A DNA stretch of 64,000 nucleotides from Escherichia phage vB_EcoM_G50. Every line of letters begins with the position of its first letter. Position 1 is the first letter of the stretch. The notes below the pieces were generated by a model, which did not search any database, was not told the origin of the DNA, and saw only the letters and a list, made by a program, of their open reading frames with translations. The position numbers were made by a program, and so were the translations under genes. Location: sequence record NC_054917.1; one strand, written 5' to 3'. Below are positions 1 through 7,584 of the stretch, piece after piece.

Positions 1-423
1 TATTCGGTAAAGTGAAGGACCCATCGCATATTGCCACTGAGTACGAGGAATAAGAGCAAAAGCGTCCATCTCTGGAATCATAACGCCATCTTTATTTTCA
101 AAATAAGACTCGCAATGGCAATTTCTGAACATCTCATGCTCTACTGGAATCGTATAATAAAACAACTGTAAGTCTTTATTACTAGAATATTTAAATACAC
201 CTAGGTCTTCTAGAAGGTCTGGATTATAATTACTAAAGCCAGTCTCTTCTAAACATTCTCTTTTTGCAGCTTCCAGTGCATTCAAATCAGAACTTTCTAC
301 ACGCCCCTTTGGAATATCCCAACGATGTGCCATCATTCCAGGCTTACGAGAACCAGTAACTCGTCCCATAAATAAATCTTTATCTTCTGTCATAAAGATA
401 ATACCAGCTGATAATGTTTTCAT
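1..423 (-). CDS. nudE: Nudix hydrolase NudE (C-terminus cut by window edge)
   Basis: Reverse-strand ATG at 421-423; translation MKTLSAGIIFMTEDKDL... contains Nudix box GRVESSDLNALEAAKRECLEETGF; frame stays open to position 1. Confidence 0.85.
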   Translation of the reverse strand, partial: MKTLSAGIIFMTEDKDLFMGRVTGSRKPGMMAHRWDIPKGRVESSDLNALEAAKRECLEETGFSNYNPDLLEDLGVFKYSSNKDLQLFYYTIPVEHEMFRNCHCESYFENKDGVMIPEMDAFALIPRTQWQYAMGPSLYRI

Positions 424-908
424 TTTAATTTCCTGCATTCAGTGATAAAATTATTTAAATTTTGAGTATATTTCTTTTCATCAAAAATCTTTTGCTGCCT
501 ACGTAACCGCCATGGCATTTCAATGAACACGCACCATATTCCTGATAGTACTGCTGCTGTAAAAATATTAACAAGTATAATTAAAAGAATCCAATCTTCC
601 GTTCTGCCTACTGGACTTTCTCCAAAGAAGCAAAATACAAATGATGTCACAGGAAAACTAATAATATACCACAGAATCATAATCTTATCTGTGAACCAAT
701 CAGCGTTCGTTAATTTAGCGCGACCATTATGAATACACACGAATTTATCATCTGTTGCAGTAGATGGCTTAACTGGTTGATATCCCATTCTAAACTCCCT
801 AATCAGCAAATTTTTCATATCTTCGGAACAGCCATTCCAGTCAACTCTATCAACTGAAATGCCATCATCCCCGTCATCTAAATCATACCAGCGAGTTTTT
901 AAAATCAT
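420..908 (-). CDS. small predicted 2-TM membrane protein, tandem paralog A
   Basis: ORF track 420..923 begins at TTG; first ATG at 906-908 overlaps upstream stop (ATGA); hydrophobic helices ILWYIISFPVTSFVFCFF and LLIILVNIFTAAVLSGIWCVF; C-terminal tail FITECRKLK. Confidence 0.5.
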   Translation of the reverse strand: MILKTRWYDLDDGDDGISVDRVDWNGCSEDMKNLLIREFRMGYQPVKPSTATDDKFVCIHNGRAKLTNADWFTDKIMILWYIISFPVTSFVFCFFGESPVGRTEDWILLIILVNIFTAAVLSGIWCVFIEMPWRLRRQQKIFDEKKYTQNLNNFITECRKLK

Positions 909-1267
909 TTGATTTTCCTGCAATCACTCACAAACTCTTTCATTGATTCATTTTCAATATAAGACATGTAGCTATTATATTCTTTTAATTGTATTTTGTA
1001 ATCCTTTTTTCTTTGCCAATTTATTTTAAAATTATCATAATGAAAATATAGCATGGTACCAAAGAATGAAAATAATGAAATAATTTTAGTATAGCGAAGT
1101 TCACTCCAAACTTCTATTATATTTACTGTGCCGTCGATGTTTAAAATAAGACAGTCAATTAATAATCCAAAAAGACTACCCGCAAGAGCTGCAGCCAACG
1201 CCACAGCAAAAATTAAAAATGACTCAGGAAGCGAATATTTGACTTTATTTAGTTTTGGCTTTTGCAT
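905..1267 (-). CDS. small predicted 2-TM membrane protein, tandem paralog B
   Basis: ATG start; helices FLIFAVALAAALAGSLFGLLIDCLIL and IISLFSFFGTMLYF; C-terminal tail EFVSDCRKIK; stop overlaps next start. Confidence 0.5.
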   Translation of the reverse strand: MQKPKLNKVKYSLPESFLIFAVALAAALAGSLFGLLIDCLILNIDGTVNIIEVWSELRYTKIISLFSFFGTMLYFHYDNFKINWQRKKDYKIQLKEYNSYMSYIENESMKEFVSDCRKIK

Positions 1268-1641
1268 CGTGATTCCTTAACAAATTTCATAATTTCATCA
1301 AATTCATACGCAGCAAGTTTAAGCTGATGTTCCTTTTTAATCTTTTTACACTGTGCTTTCCAATCACGTACGCGTTTACGATAATGCCTTCCTTGATACC
1401 AGTATCCTACCCAATTTACAGGTACTAATAAAAGTGGAACTATTAATGGAAGAATTAGCATTAACACAAGTATTTCGCCAGAATCAATATCAGTCATAAC
1501 ATCTAAAACACCTCCAATAATCAATAGAATTACAAATGATATGAGTATAACAGGACCTATTAATACATCAGTAGGAATTAGCTGGCGCTTTAATTCATAC
1601 TTCAAAGGTTTACTTGGAAGGTATAGTGATGGCTTTGACAT
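1249..1641 (-). CDS. small predicted 2-TM membrane protein, tandem paralog C
   Basis: ORF track 1249..1662 begins at TTG; first ATG at 1639-1641 (MSKPSLYLP...); helices LIGPVILISFVILLIIGGVLDV and ILVLMLILPLIVPLLLVPV; C-terminal tail KFVKESRCK. Confidence 0.5.
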   Translation of the reverse strand: MSKPSLYLPSKPLKYELKRQLIPTDVLIGPVILISFVILLIIGGVLDVMTDIDSGEILVLMLILPLIVPLLLVPVNWVGYWYQGRHYRKRVRDWKAQCKKIKKEHQLKLAAYEFDEIMKFVKESRCKSQN

Positions 1642-2218
1642 ATTCTCTACATTCCTTAACAAATTTTTCTAGTAATAAATCACTTTCAAAATTAGGATTT
1701 TCCACTAATTTATCAAAAAGATCATCAACAATATTCAAGATATTTCTTTTACTAAGAATACGTTTATTTTCATGCTTCGTTTCAGAATCAACTATAAGAG
1801 TAAAGAAATATTTCTTTCCCTGAAATTTTACTGTAGTATCAATATAGAATAAATTTGACTTTTGTAAGTTACGTTTAAACCATGCGTCACTTAAACTATA
1901 AACACCGAGATAATCAAAATCGTCGTTTAAATAACAAACTGTCCATTCAGGAGAAATGAAATCAGTAAATTCAACATCAAAATCACATGTCAATAAATGA
2001 ATTGATTCAATATTGTTAATAAGTATTCCAGGACGTATTAAAGACTTTTTACCTCTGGAAAATCTTCCAGAAAGACTTTCATCAGTTTCATATGAAGAAC
2101 CCCAATAATAATTACGTCCTTCTGCCATACGTTTAAGAGCATTTAGTAATTGATCTGGAACATCAACCTGTCTTTGGAACTCTTCAAACATTGAATTGAA
2201 ATCACTTTGCATTTTCAT
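1610..2218 (-). CDS. hypothetical protein (202 aa) with the same C-terminal tail motif
   Basis: Long ORF with SD GGAGTAAATAGGAATGAAAATG upstream; C-terminus EKFVKECREY matches tail of the three downstream membrane ORFs. Confidence 0.55.
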   Translation of the reverse strand: MKMQSDFNSMFEEFQRQVDVPDQLLNALKRMAEGRNYYWGSSYETDESLSGRFSRGKKSLIRPGILINNIESIHLLTCDFDVEFTDFISPEWTVCYLNDDFDYLGVYSLSDAWFKRNLQKSNLFYIDTTVKFQGKKYFFTLIVDSETKHENKRILSKRNILNIVDDLFDKLVENPNFESDLLLEKFVKECREYVKAITIPSK

Positions 2219-2239
2219 TCCTATTTACTCCAAGTAATA

Positions 2240-2253
2240 GGGGCCGAAGCCCC
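2240..2253. terminator. GC-rich stem-loop GGGGCCGAAGCCCC
   Basis: Perfect hairpin GGGGC-CGAA-GCCCC between ORF 2260..2853 and ORF 1610..2218. Confidence 0.5.
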
Positions 2254-2259
2254 TTATCA

Positions 2260-2853
2260 TTATTTCAGAGAATTAATGTATTCCTGAACATCGGCAGAAG
2301 TAGTTTCAACCCCAGAAATATTACCGTTAAAGGTTTCAACTCGAGCAAGGGTATCTTCAATATCAACCTTAGTCAGTGCTGCAATTTCAACTACATCATC
2401 AGCAGTACTAATTCCAAGGGCATTTGCCGCACGAGTTTCACGGATATATTCCAATTTAACTGCAAGTTCTTGGCGAGCATCATCTAACTCAACTACTTTC
2501 TTAGCGATTTCAATTCGCATTTCGGCATAACCGTCAGCCTTAGTAGTCAACTGCTCAGCTGTTCGACGATATAGTAAACCAAGTTTAGCATGCATTGTTA
2601 CATCTTGACCTTCGGAAAGAAGCTTGCGAATTTCACGCTCTTTTGATTCGGCCTGTTTATTCTTTTCAATAACAAGTTCACGAATACGTTTTTCTTCATT
2701 AATAGATTTAATAGAAGCAGTTTTTAGATCTTTAATTTTATCAAGTAGTTTTGCTGCTGCAGCGGTATATTGTTCTTCAACAGATAGATTTTTAGCCATA
2801 GCAGAACCAAGTTTAGTGCGAATAAAATCAACAATTTTCTTCAGTGTGTTCAT
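2260..2853 (-). CDS. coiled-coil protein, possibly PspA/IM30-like (197 aa)
   Basis: Long ORF with heptad-like charged/hydrophobic pattern ([31 protein letters not shown]); family assignment is a weak guess. Confidence 0.5.
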   Translation of the reverse strand: MNTLKKIVDFIRTKLGSAMAKNLSVEEQYTAAAAKLLDKIKDLKTASIKSINEEKRIRELVIEKNKQAESKEREIRKLLSEGQDVTMHAKLGLLYRRTAEQLTTKADGYAEMRIEIAKKVVELDDARQELAVKLEYIRETRAANALGISTADDVVEIAALTKVDIEDTLARVETFNGNISGVETTSADVQEYINSLK

Positions 2854-2899
2854 AGTATTTCCTTAGGTTAATTAAGATTTAAAATCCATGAGAGTATTA

Positions 2900-3073
2900 T
2901 ACTCCGGATAGTTTGTAAACTATTTCAACATCGCCTTTTGCTGCTTTATAACCTTCAGCCCAAGATACAACCGAGTTTTTATCTGAAGATTCAAATTCTG
3001 GCATTGGACTTTCATCAATGTTCACACAGTATGTTTCTTCATTTTCGTCAAACCAAATAGTTAAAGTAGTCAT
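2900..3073 (-). CDS. small hypothetical protein (~57 aa)
   Basis: ATG at 3071-3073 preceded by GGAGAAATAAATG; acidic product MTTLTIWFDENEETYCVNIDES...; below the ORF-track size cutoff. Confidence 0.3.
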
Positions 3074-3141
3074 TTATTTCTCCGCTTCTGTGATTGTTTT
3101 GATAAGTCTATAATAACACCGTCCTTGGTGTTTGTACACAC

Positions 3142-3417
3142 TTATTTCATATTATTGAAATATTCTTCTGCGATTTCATCGTTATCGTGGTAAACTTTAG
3201 AAGACAGTTTAACATAACCTTCAGCAGTGAACATATTAATCACAACTTTTACAGTATACCACTGACCGTCTTCATTACCCATTACTGCGTAAGTTTCAAA
3301 CATCAGATGGTCAGGACCGATAACTTTAATATCATTCACTGTACGACCGAAATCTTCTGAAACGCATTTCATAAAGAAGTTGAACAGTTCGCCGTAATTA
3401 TCCATTTCATTCTCCAA
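3142..3417 (-). CDS. hypothetical protein (91 aa)
   Basis: ORF with early-promoter-like module immediately upstream. Confidence 0.5.
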   Translation of the reverse strand: MENEMDNYGELFNFFMKCVSEDFGRTVNDIKVIGPDHLMFETYAVMGNEDGQWYTVKVVINMFTAEGYVKLSSKVYHDNDEIAEEYFNNMK

Positions 3418-3440
3418 GTTGTTTTCTGTATCAGTAGTTG

Positions 3441-3500
3441 ATAGTTGTATAGTACCACGGAAGAACAGAGATGTAAACAGTTTTGTGAAAAATTTTTTAA
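3441..3500 (-). promoter_or_regulatory. sigma70-type early promoter module (copy 1)
   Basis: Minus strand reads ttcacaaaactGTTTACatctctgttcttccgTGgTACTATAc; -35 GTTTAC and extended -10; shares flanking words with copies at 7585-7640 and 7945-8000. Confidence 0.5.
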
Positions 3501-3644
3501 AAAGTTTTAGGGAATTCTAGGGAAGGGAGGGGCAATTAAAGGATAGGATAATATATTATAAAGGGTAGAAACTAAATGATGCCTAGAGAGGTCCAGAAAG
3601 GCCTAGATGCCAAAAAGCCCTATCATTTAGATAGGGATTTAAAA

Positions 3645-4208
3645 TTATTTATCTAGTTTAGTTATTATAGCTTCTACGGCAGCTTTTAGCTTAGATGCGG
3701 TGTTAATACGATTTTTAATTTCAGTATACGCATCGCCAAGAACATCAAGGCTATCAGAATAAACACTTACACTATTGCGTTCGCTATTTGAAATAGAACC
3801 TTTAGTTTTACGATCAAAATCGGTGTACACGTCTTGAAGATCACGCGCTGCCTTCTTTGCATCATCCAATGCATCAAGAGCTTTATTCAAAGCATTAACG
3901 TATTTTTTAGTGTCGAACATATTCTTAGAAATTTTAGCAGGTGCACGTTCAGGAGTAGCTAATACAGATTTAGGAACCTGAGCGCCAGATGCCAATTTCT
4001 TAGAAATTTTGAAAAACGCTTTATTGAATTTATTTTCTTGACTCATCGTAAAAGAACTATTATCGATGTTGTACATTTCAATAGCTTTAGCTTTCCACTT
4101 AAGAAAATCGCCGCGGTCTTTTGGGTCCAAGTGGAAAAATACTTTAGTAAGATCTGCTTCAGATGGTAATTTTGCTGCTTCGGTTAAAAATTCGGCATAG
4201 GTTTTCAT
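3645..4208 (-). CDS. internal-protein-like head protein (IPIII-like, 187 aa)
   Basis: N-terminus MKTYAEFLTEA matches recalled T4 internal-protein capsid-targeting leader with L-x-E gp21 cleavage site; lysine-rich. Confidence 0.6.
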   Translation of the reverse strand: MKTYAEFLTEAAKLPSEADLTKVFFHLDPKDRGDFLKWKAKAIEMYNIDNSSFTMSQENKFNKAFFKISKKLASGAQVPKSVLATPERAPAKISKNMFDTKKYVNALNKALDALDDAKKAARDLQDVYTDFDRKTKGSISNSERNSVSVYSDSLDVLGDAYTEIKNRINTASKLKAAVEAIITKLDK

Positions 4209-4300
4209 TTAAAATCCTTGAAATAATTTATCGGTTGGTTATTAATTATTTATTACTTTGTTATTATCCGTAACAGCATTCTCTATGTGATTCAAACTAA

Positions 4301-4325
4301 AAACCCCAACCTTTCGGTCGGGGCT
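4301..4325 (-). terminator. stem-loop GCCCCGACCGAAAGGTTGGGG plus U-tract
   Basis: Hairpin directly 3' of ORF 4333..4806; near-identical copy at 4859-4885. Confidence 0.6.
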
Positions 4326-4332
4326 AAGAATG

Positions 4333-4806
4333 TTATTTGATTTGTTTAGCAGACCAAATGCGGTCTTTGATGATTTTTTGAATGTCTTCAACATACTCTA
4401 GGTCATGAGCATGTGGGTTATCTTTGAAACTATAAGCACGAGCTAGTTTTTGGCCTTCAGTTTTGATTACTAAAAGCTCTTTAAGGATAGCTTCATATTT
4501 AGCGATAATTCCTTTAACAATATTTTTTTCTTGTGCAGCTTTAGGATCTGCTTTAGGAGCAGGTTTACCCGAAGCCTTTGCAAAAGCAGCACCAGTAGCA
4601 ACTAAACTTTTCCAGGCCATACTAACCGCATTTCCTGTAAATCCTTCTGCTTTCATGTCGCGAGCAAACTGGAATCGTGATTCGTCAGAAGCATCTTTAT
4701 AGGAATATTTACCCGCTGCAATGGCTGCTTTTGCGACAGCTTGAATTTCGGTGCTAGATGCTTCATTTAACACCGCTTCATTTAAAAATTGAGCATATGA
4801 TTTCAT
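4333..4806 (-). CDS. internal-protein-like head protein (IPII-like, 157 aa)
   Basis: N-terminus MKSYAQFLNEA (capsid-targeting-like leader, L-x-E site); late promoter TATAAATA just upstream. Confidence 0.6.
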   Translation of the reverse strand: MKSYAQFLNEAVLNEASSTEIQAVAKAAIAAGKYSYKDASDESRFQFARDMKAEGFTGNAVSMAWKSLVATGAAFAKASGKPAPKADPKAAQEKNIVKGIIAKYEAILKELLVIKTEGQKLARAYSFKDNPHAHDLEYVEDIQKIIKDRIWSAKQIK

Positions 4807-4846
4807 CTTATTTCCTGTTTTAATTCGTGGATTTAATATACTACTA

Positions 4847-4854
4847 TATTTATA
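4847..4854 (-). promoter_or_regulatory. T4 late promoter TATAAATA
   Basis: Plus strand tatttata = minus-strand TATAAATA about 40 nt upstream of ORF 4333..4806. Confidence 0.6.
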
Positions 4855-4858
4855 CTAA

Positions 4859-4885
4859 AAAGCCCCAACCTTTCGGTCGGGGCTA
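4859..4885 (-). terminator. stem-loop GCCCCGACCGAAAGGTTGGGGC plus U-tract (repeat copy)
   Basis: About 33 bp nearly identical to 4293-4328; lies 3' of the structured region 4886-5195. Confidence 0.6.
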
Positions 4886-5195
4886 AGCCTTGCGGCAACC
4901 TTGTCGGGGTTCCACCTGCTAAGGCAAGTGTTTGTACGAAACGCCGGGATTCGAACCCGGTTATTAAGCAGTTGACGCTACTTAATATTTTTAAAAGGCC
5001 ATATCTCGACCATATCCGAACGTTCCGTCAAAAACGCTACTCGGCTTACGGCAAAGATATTTCCTCGAATCGATAATTCGGTGCGCCGTTTCTGCTGTGA
5101 TGTAAGAGGGCATCAACAAATCATAAAGATTTATTAACACAATTCCTTACCCAGGGAACATCAGTCCGACGACTTACCGGTAGCGACCCGGTTTC
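4886..5195 (-). ncRNA. candidate structured stable RNA
   Basis: About 310 nt with no ORF of 60 aa or more, downstream of the tRNA operon; minus strand has a tRNA T-arm-like CCGGGTTCGAATCCCGG and several GC hairpins; ends at a terminator. Confidence 0.3.
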
Positions 5196-5546
5196 TTAAT
5201 ATTCTTTTAAAGCATCAATCTGTTCACGACGTTTACGCCATAAATCAATTGCTTCATACGCAGATTCAGCATTTCGAATTGGACGGCATTTATATAAAGA
5301 CTTGTGATTTTGATATTGCGTAGATAACGGAATTTTATCTAAAAGGTCTTTACGTTCAAAGTATTCGTAACCATCTAAGCCAAATGAACGATTTTTGAGA
5401 AATTGCCAATGACCAAATTCGTTTTGAATATAAATATAATCCGCGTGTTGATAAAGTAAATTAATTTCACGAAATGAGATATGTTTTTCATATTCATTGA
5501 AGTAAAATGTTAAATCATGAACTACTAAATAAACATTACCTTTCAT
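5196..5546 (-). CDS. hypothetical protein (116 aa)
   Basis: ORF directly 3' of tRNA-Arg on the same strand; no recognised motif. Confidence 0.45.
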   Translation of the reverse strand: MKGNVYLVVHDLTFYFNEYEKHISFREINLLYQHADYIYIQNEFGHWQFLKNRSFGLDGYEYFERKDLLDKIPLSTQYQNHKSLYKCRPIRNAESAYEAIDLWRKRREQIDALKEY

Positions 5547-5565
5547 ATTTTCCTCACTTATAATT

Positions 5566-5641
5566 GGTCGAGGCAGTAGGGATCGAACCTACGACCTAGG
5601 ACTTAGAAGGTCCTTGCTCTTCCTTCTGAGCTATGCCCCGT
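5566..5641 (-). tRNA. tRNA-Arg (UCU)
   Basis: Cloverleaf; acceptor CGGGGCA/TGCCTCG; anticodon loop CTTCTAA; T-loop GGTTCGATCC; CCA encoded. Confidence 0.85.
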
Positions 5642-5645
5642 AATT

Positions 5646-5721
5646 GGGGTGACCGATGGGAGTCGAACCCATGACTACGAGAATCACAATCTTGAGTTCT
5701 ACCAACTGAACTACGGCCACA
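5646..5721 (-). tRNA. tRNA-His (GUG), tentative
   Basis: Acceptor GTGGCCG/CGGTCAC, discriminator C, CCA encoded; anticodon loop TTGTGAT; one A-C mismatch in anticodon stem; no encoded G-1. Confidence 0.6.
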
Positions 5722-5835
5722 TTAATACCTACTCCAACAATCAAGATGTCTTCACACGAAATTAAGAGAAGAGTGATCAGTTCAACCCCGATAATCGCGT
5801 CAAGTAGATATTAATGTGACAACTGTCACAAATTT
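5722..5835 (-). ncRNA. candidate small RNA in tRNA-cluster gap
   Basis: 113-nt gap between tRNA-Asn and tRNA-His; contains palindrome GTGACAGTTGTCAC; no ORF; no folding done. Confidence 0.2.
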
Positions 5836-5910
5836 GGCGGACGTGATAGGATTCGAACCTATAACCAATCGCTTAACAGGCGATCGCTCTGCCATTGAGC
5901 TACACATCCA
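5836..5910 (-). tRNA. tRNA-Asn (GUU)
   Basis: Acceptor GGATGTG/CACGTCC; anticodon loop CTGTTAA; T-arm ATAGGTTCGAATCCTAT; CCA encoded. Confidence 0.8.
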
Positions 5911-5914
5911 AATT

Positions 5915-6001
5915 GGTGGGGAGTGATGGAGTCGAACCACCCGAGTCGCAATGACAATGGATTTACAGTCCACACCGCTACCTCTACGGGATAACTCCCC
6001 T
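5915..6001 (-). tRNA. tRNA-Tyr (GUA), long variable arm
   Basis: 87 nt; acceptor GGGGAGT/ACTCCCC; anticodon stem-loop GTGGA-CTGTAAA-TCCAT; CCA encoded. Confidence 0.8.
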
Positions 6002-6014
6002 TAATTCTTAATTT

Positions 6015-6089
6015 GGTGGCCCTGGGTGGAATTGAACCACCATCTGGCGATTATGAGTCGCTTGCTTGAACCTTCCAGCTACAGGGCCT
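6015..6089 (-). tRNA. tRNA with CAU anticodon (Ile2 or Met)
   Basis: Acceptor GGCCCTG/CAGGGCC; anticodon loop CTCATAA; T-arm GTGGTTCAATTCCAC; CCA encoded. Confidence 0.75.
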
Positions 6090-6090
6090 T

Positions 6091-6166
6091 GGTGCTGATT
6101 GACGGAATCGAACCGCCGACCTTCTCATTACAAGTGAGTTGCTCTACCTACTAAGCTAAATCAGCA
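6091..6166 (-). tRNA. tRNA-Thr (UGU)
   Basis: GCTGATTTAGCTTAGTAGGTAGAGCAACTCACTTGTAATGAG...; anticodon loop CTTGTAA; CCA encoded. Confidence 0.9.
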
Positions 6167-6171
6167 AAACT

Positions 6172-6261
6172 GGCGGAGGCGATAGGATTTGAACCTATGA
6201 GTCGCCGGAGCGACTGCCGGTTTTCAAGACCGGTGCATTAAACCACTCTGCCACGCCTCCA
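6172..6261 (-). tRNA. tRNA-Ser (UGA), long variable arm
   Basis: 90 nt; acceptor GGAGGCG/CGCCTCC; anticodon stem-loop CCGGT-CTTGAAA-ACCGG; CCA encoded. Confidence 0.85.
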
Positions 6262-6263
6262 GT

Positions 6264-6337
6264 CTCCATACAAGGATTTGAACCTTGGACCTCCTGATCC
6301 CAAATCAGGCGCTCTACCAAACTGAGCTACACGGAGT
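6264..6337 (-). tRNA. tRNA-Pro (UGG), no encoded CCA
   Basis: Acceptor CTCCGTG/TATGGAG; anticodon stem-loop CCTGA-TTTGGGA-TCAGG; 2 nt from tRNA-Ser. Confidence 0.8.
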
Positions 6338-6346
6338 AAATTAAAT

Positions 6347-6421
<75 letters not shown>

Positions 6422-6426
6422 AATTT

Positions 6427-6513
6427 GGTGCGAGAAGTGGGACTCGAACCCACAAGGAAATCATTCCGCAGCATTTTAAGTGCTGTGCCTTTACCAATTT
6501 GACCATTCTCGCG
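6427..6513 (-). tRNA. tRNA-Leu (UAA), long variable arm
   Basis: 87 nt; acceptor GCGAGAA/TTCTCGC; anticodon stem-loop CAGCA-CTTAAAA-TGCTG; CCA encoded. Confidence 0.85.
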
Positions 6514-6514
6514 C

Positions 6515-6587
6515 TGGGAATAAAGGACTCGAACCTTTGCATCCTGGAATCAAAATCCAGTGCCTTACCAACTTGGCTAATTCCCAA
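6515..6587 (-). tRNA. tRNA-Gln (UUG), no encoded CCA
   Basis: Acceptor TGGGAAT/ATTCCCA; anticodon stem-loop CTGGA-TTTTGAT-TCCAG; 1 nt from tRNA-Leu. Confidence 0.8.
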
Positions 6588-6683
6588 TTATTAACAAAGG
6601 CTCTCAAGCAAGAACCCTTGATGATAGAGGGTATTAATCAGTGCGATATGAGTTAATAATAACAAATAATTCTTAAAGCATAT

Positions 6684-6971
6684 TTACCATTTATGATAAT
6701 ACATATTTACGATGCATTCAAGACCCAAAGGATTCTTGAAAATATCATATTCAAGAGGACCTTTTTCCGTTTCAATAAAGAAATCAAAATTTACTGTATT
6801 AAATTTACGGTCTTCCTTCACTAATTTAACTTGAGAAGATGAACGATCAATGTAAACCTTTTCAACTTCAAAACATGTTAAAATGCCATAATCATCAATC
6901 AAGGCTTTAGCTGCTTCTTGATCATATTTATATCCATTTTCAATGGATGATACTTTCGCATAAAGAATCAT
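6684..6971 (-). CDS. hypothetical protein (95 aa)
   Basis: ORF between tRNA cluster and ipI; no recognised motif. Confidence 0.5.
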   Translation of the reverse strand: MILYAKVSSIENGYKYDQEAAKALIDDYGILTCFEVEKVYIDRSSSQVKLVKEDRKFNTVNFDFFIETEKGPLEYDIFKNPLGLECIVNMYYHKW

Positions 6972-6973
6972 TA

Positions 6974-7378
6974 TTAACCTTTATCAACAATAGTATGTGT
7001 ATGGGCATTTACGATTTGCCACCAGTCAAAACTATCGCCAAATCGTTTTGATTTATTGTCTTCAATAATTTGGCGTAATTCATCTTCTGTTTCAGCATAC
7101 GCAATCAAATCATCATATCCACCGCAAGGATAGTAATTATCGCCTGCGAACAAAAGAAAATTTACTTTAGATGGGTCTACATAATAATGCTCTTTAGGAT
7201 ATTTAGTTCCTTTCCAATCAGTTACTTCAACATAACGATAAGAAAATCCATTTTTACTTTCAACCCAACTCCACGCTTCAAAAGGAGTATTAAAAACTCT
7301 ATCAGGTATTAAATTACCTTCAAAATGAGAAGGATTTGCATAATCCCCAGCATAAACATAATATTCGTTAATATTCAT
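6974..7378 (-). CDS. hypothetical protein (134 aa), Tyr/Trp-rich
   Basis: ORF tightly packed with neighbours; no recognised motif. Confidence 0.5.
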   Translation of the reverse strand: MNINEYYVYAGDYANPSHFEGNLIPDRVFNTPFEAWSWVESKNGFSYRYVEVTDWKGTKYPKEHYYVDPSKVNFLLFAGDNYYPCGGYDDLIAYAETEDELRQIIEDNKSKRFGDSFDWWQIVNAHTHTIVDKG

Positions 7379-7564
7379 TTATTCACCTTTAGAAATTTTA
7401 TCCATAACAATAGCGATTAAACCAATTAAAAATGCTACTACAAGTGAAAAAACATTTTCTGCTGTAGTCAATAATCCACATATAAATCCAACAAACATTG
7501 AAAAACTAAAAGCAGAAGCAGAAATTGCAATAGCAACATTTCGAATTAATTCACAACGTTTCAT
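7379..7564 (-). CDS. small hydrophobic membrane protein (61 aa)
   Basis: ORF with two hydrophobic stretches (VAIAISASAFSFSMFVGFICGLL, VVAFLIGLIAIV); early promoter module upstream. Confidence 0.45.
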   Translation of the reverse strand: MKRCELIRNVAIAISASAFSFSMFVGFICGLLTTAENVFSLVVAFLIGLIAIVMDKISKGE

Positions 7565-7584
7565 TTTATTCTCCTCAGTAGTTG

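Noticed and set aside
4943-4960. tRNA-like T-arm CCGGGTTCGAATCCCGG considered as a twelfth tRNA gene
   Set aside because: I could not build a complete cloverleaf (no convincing D-arm or anticodon arm) around it; reported only as part of a candidate structured RNA.
5196-5546. ORF in the tRNA operon considered as a homing endonuclease (segB-like)
   Set aside because: No GIY-YIG or HNH motif is visible in the 116-aa product; left as hypothetical.
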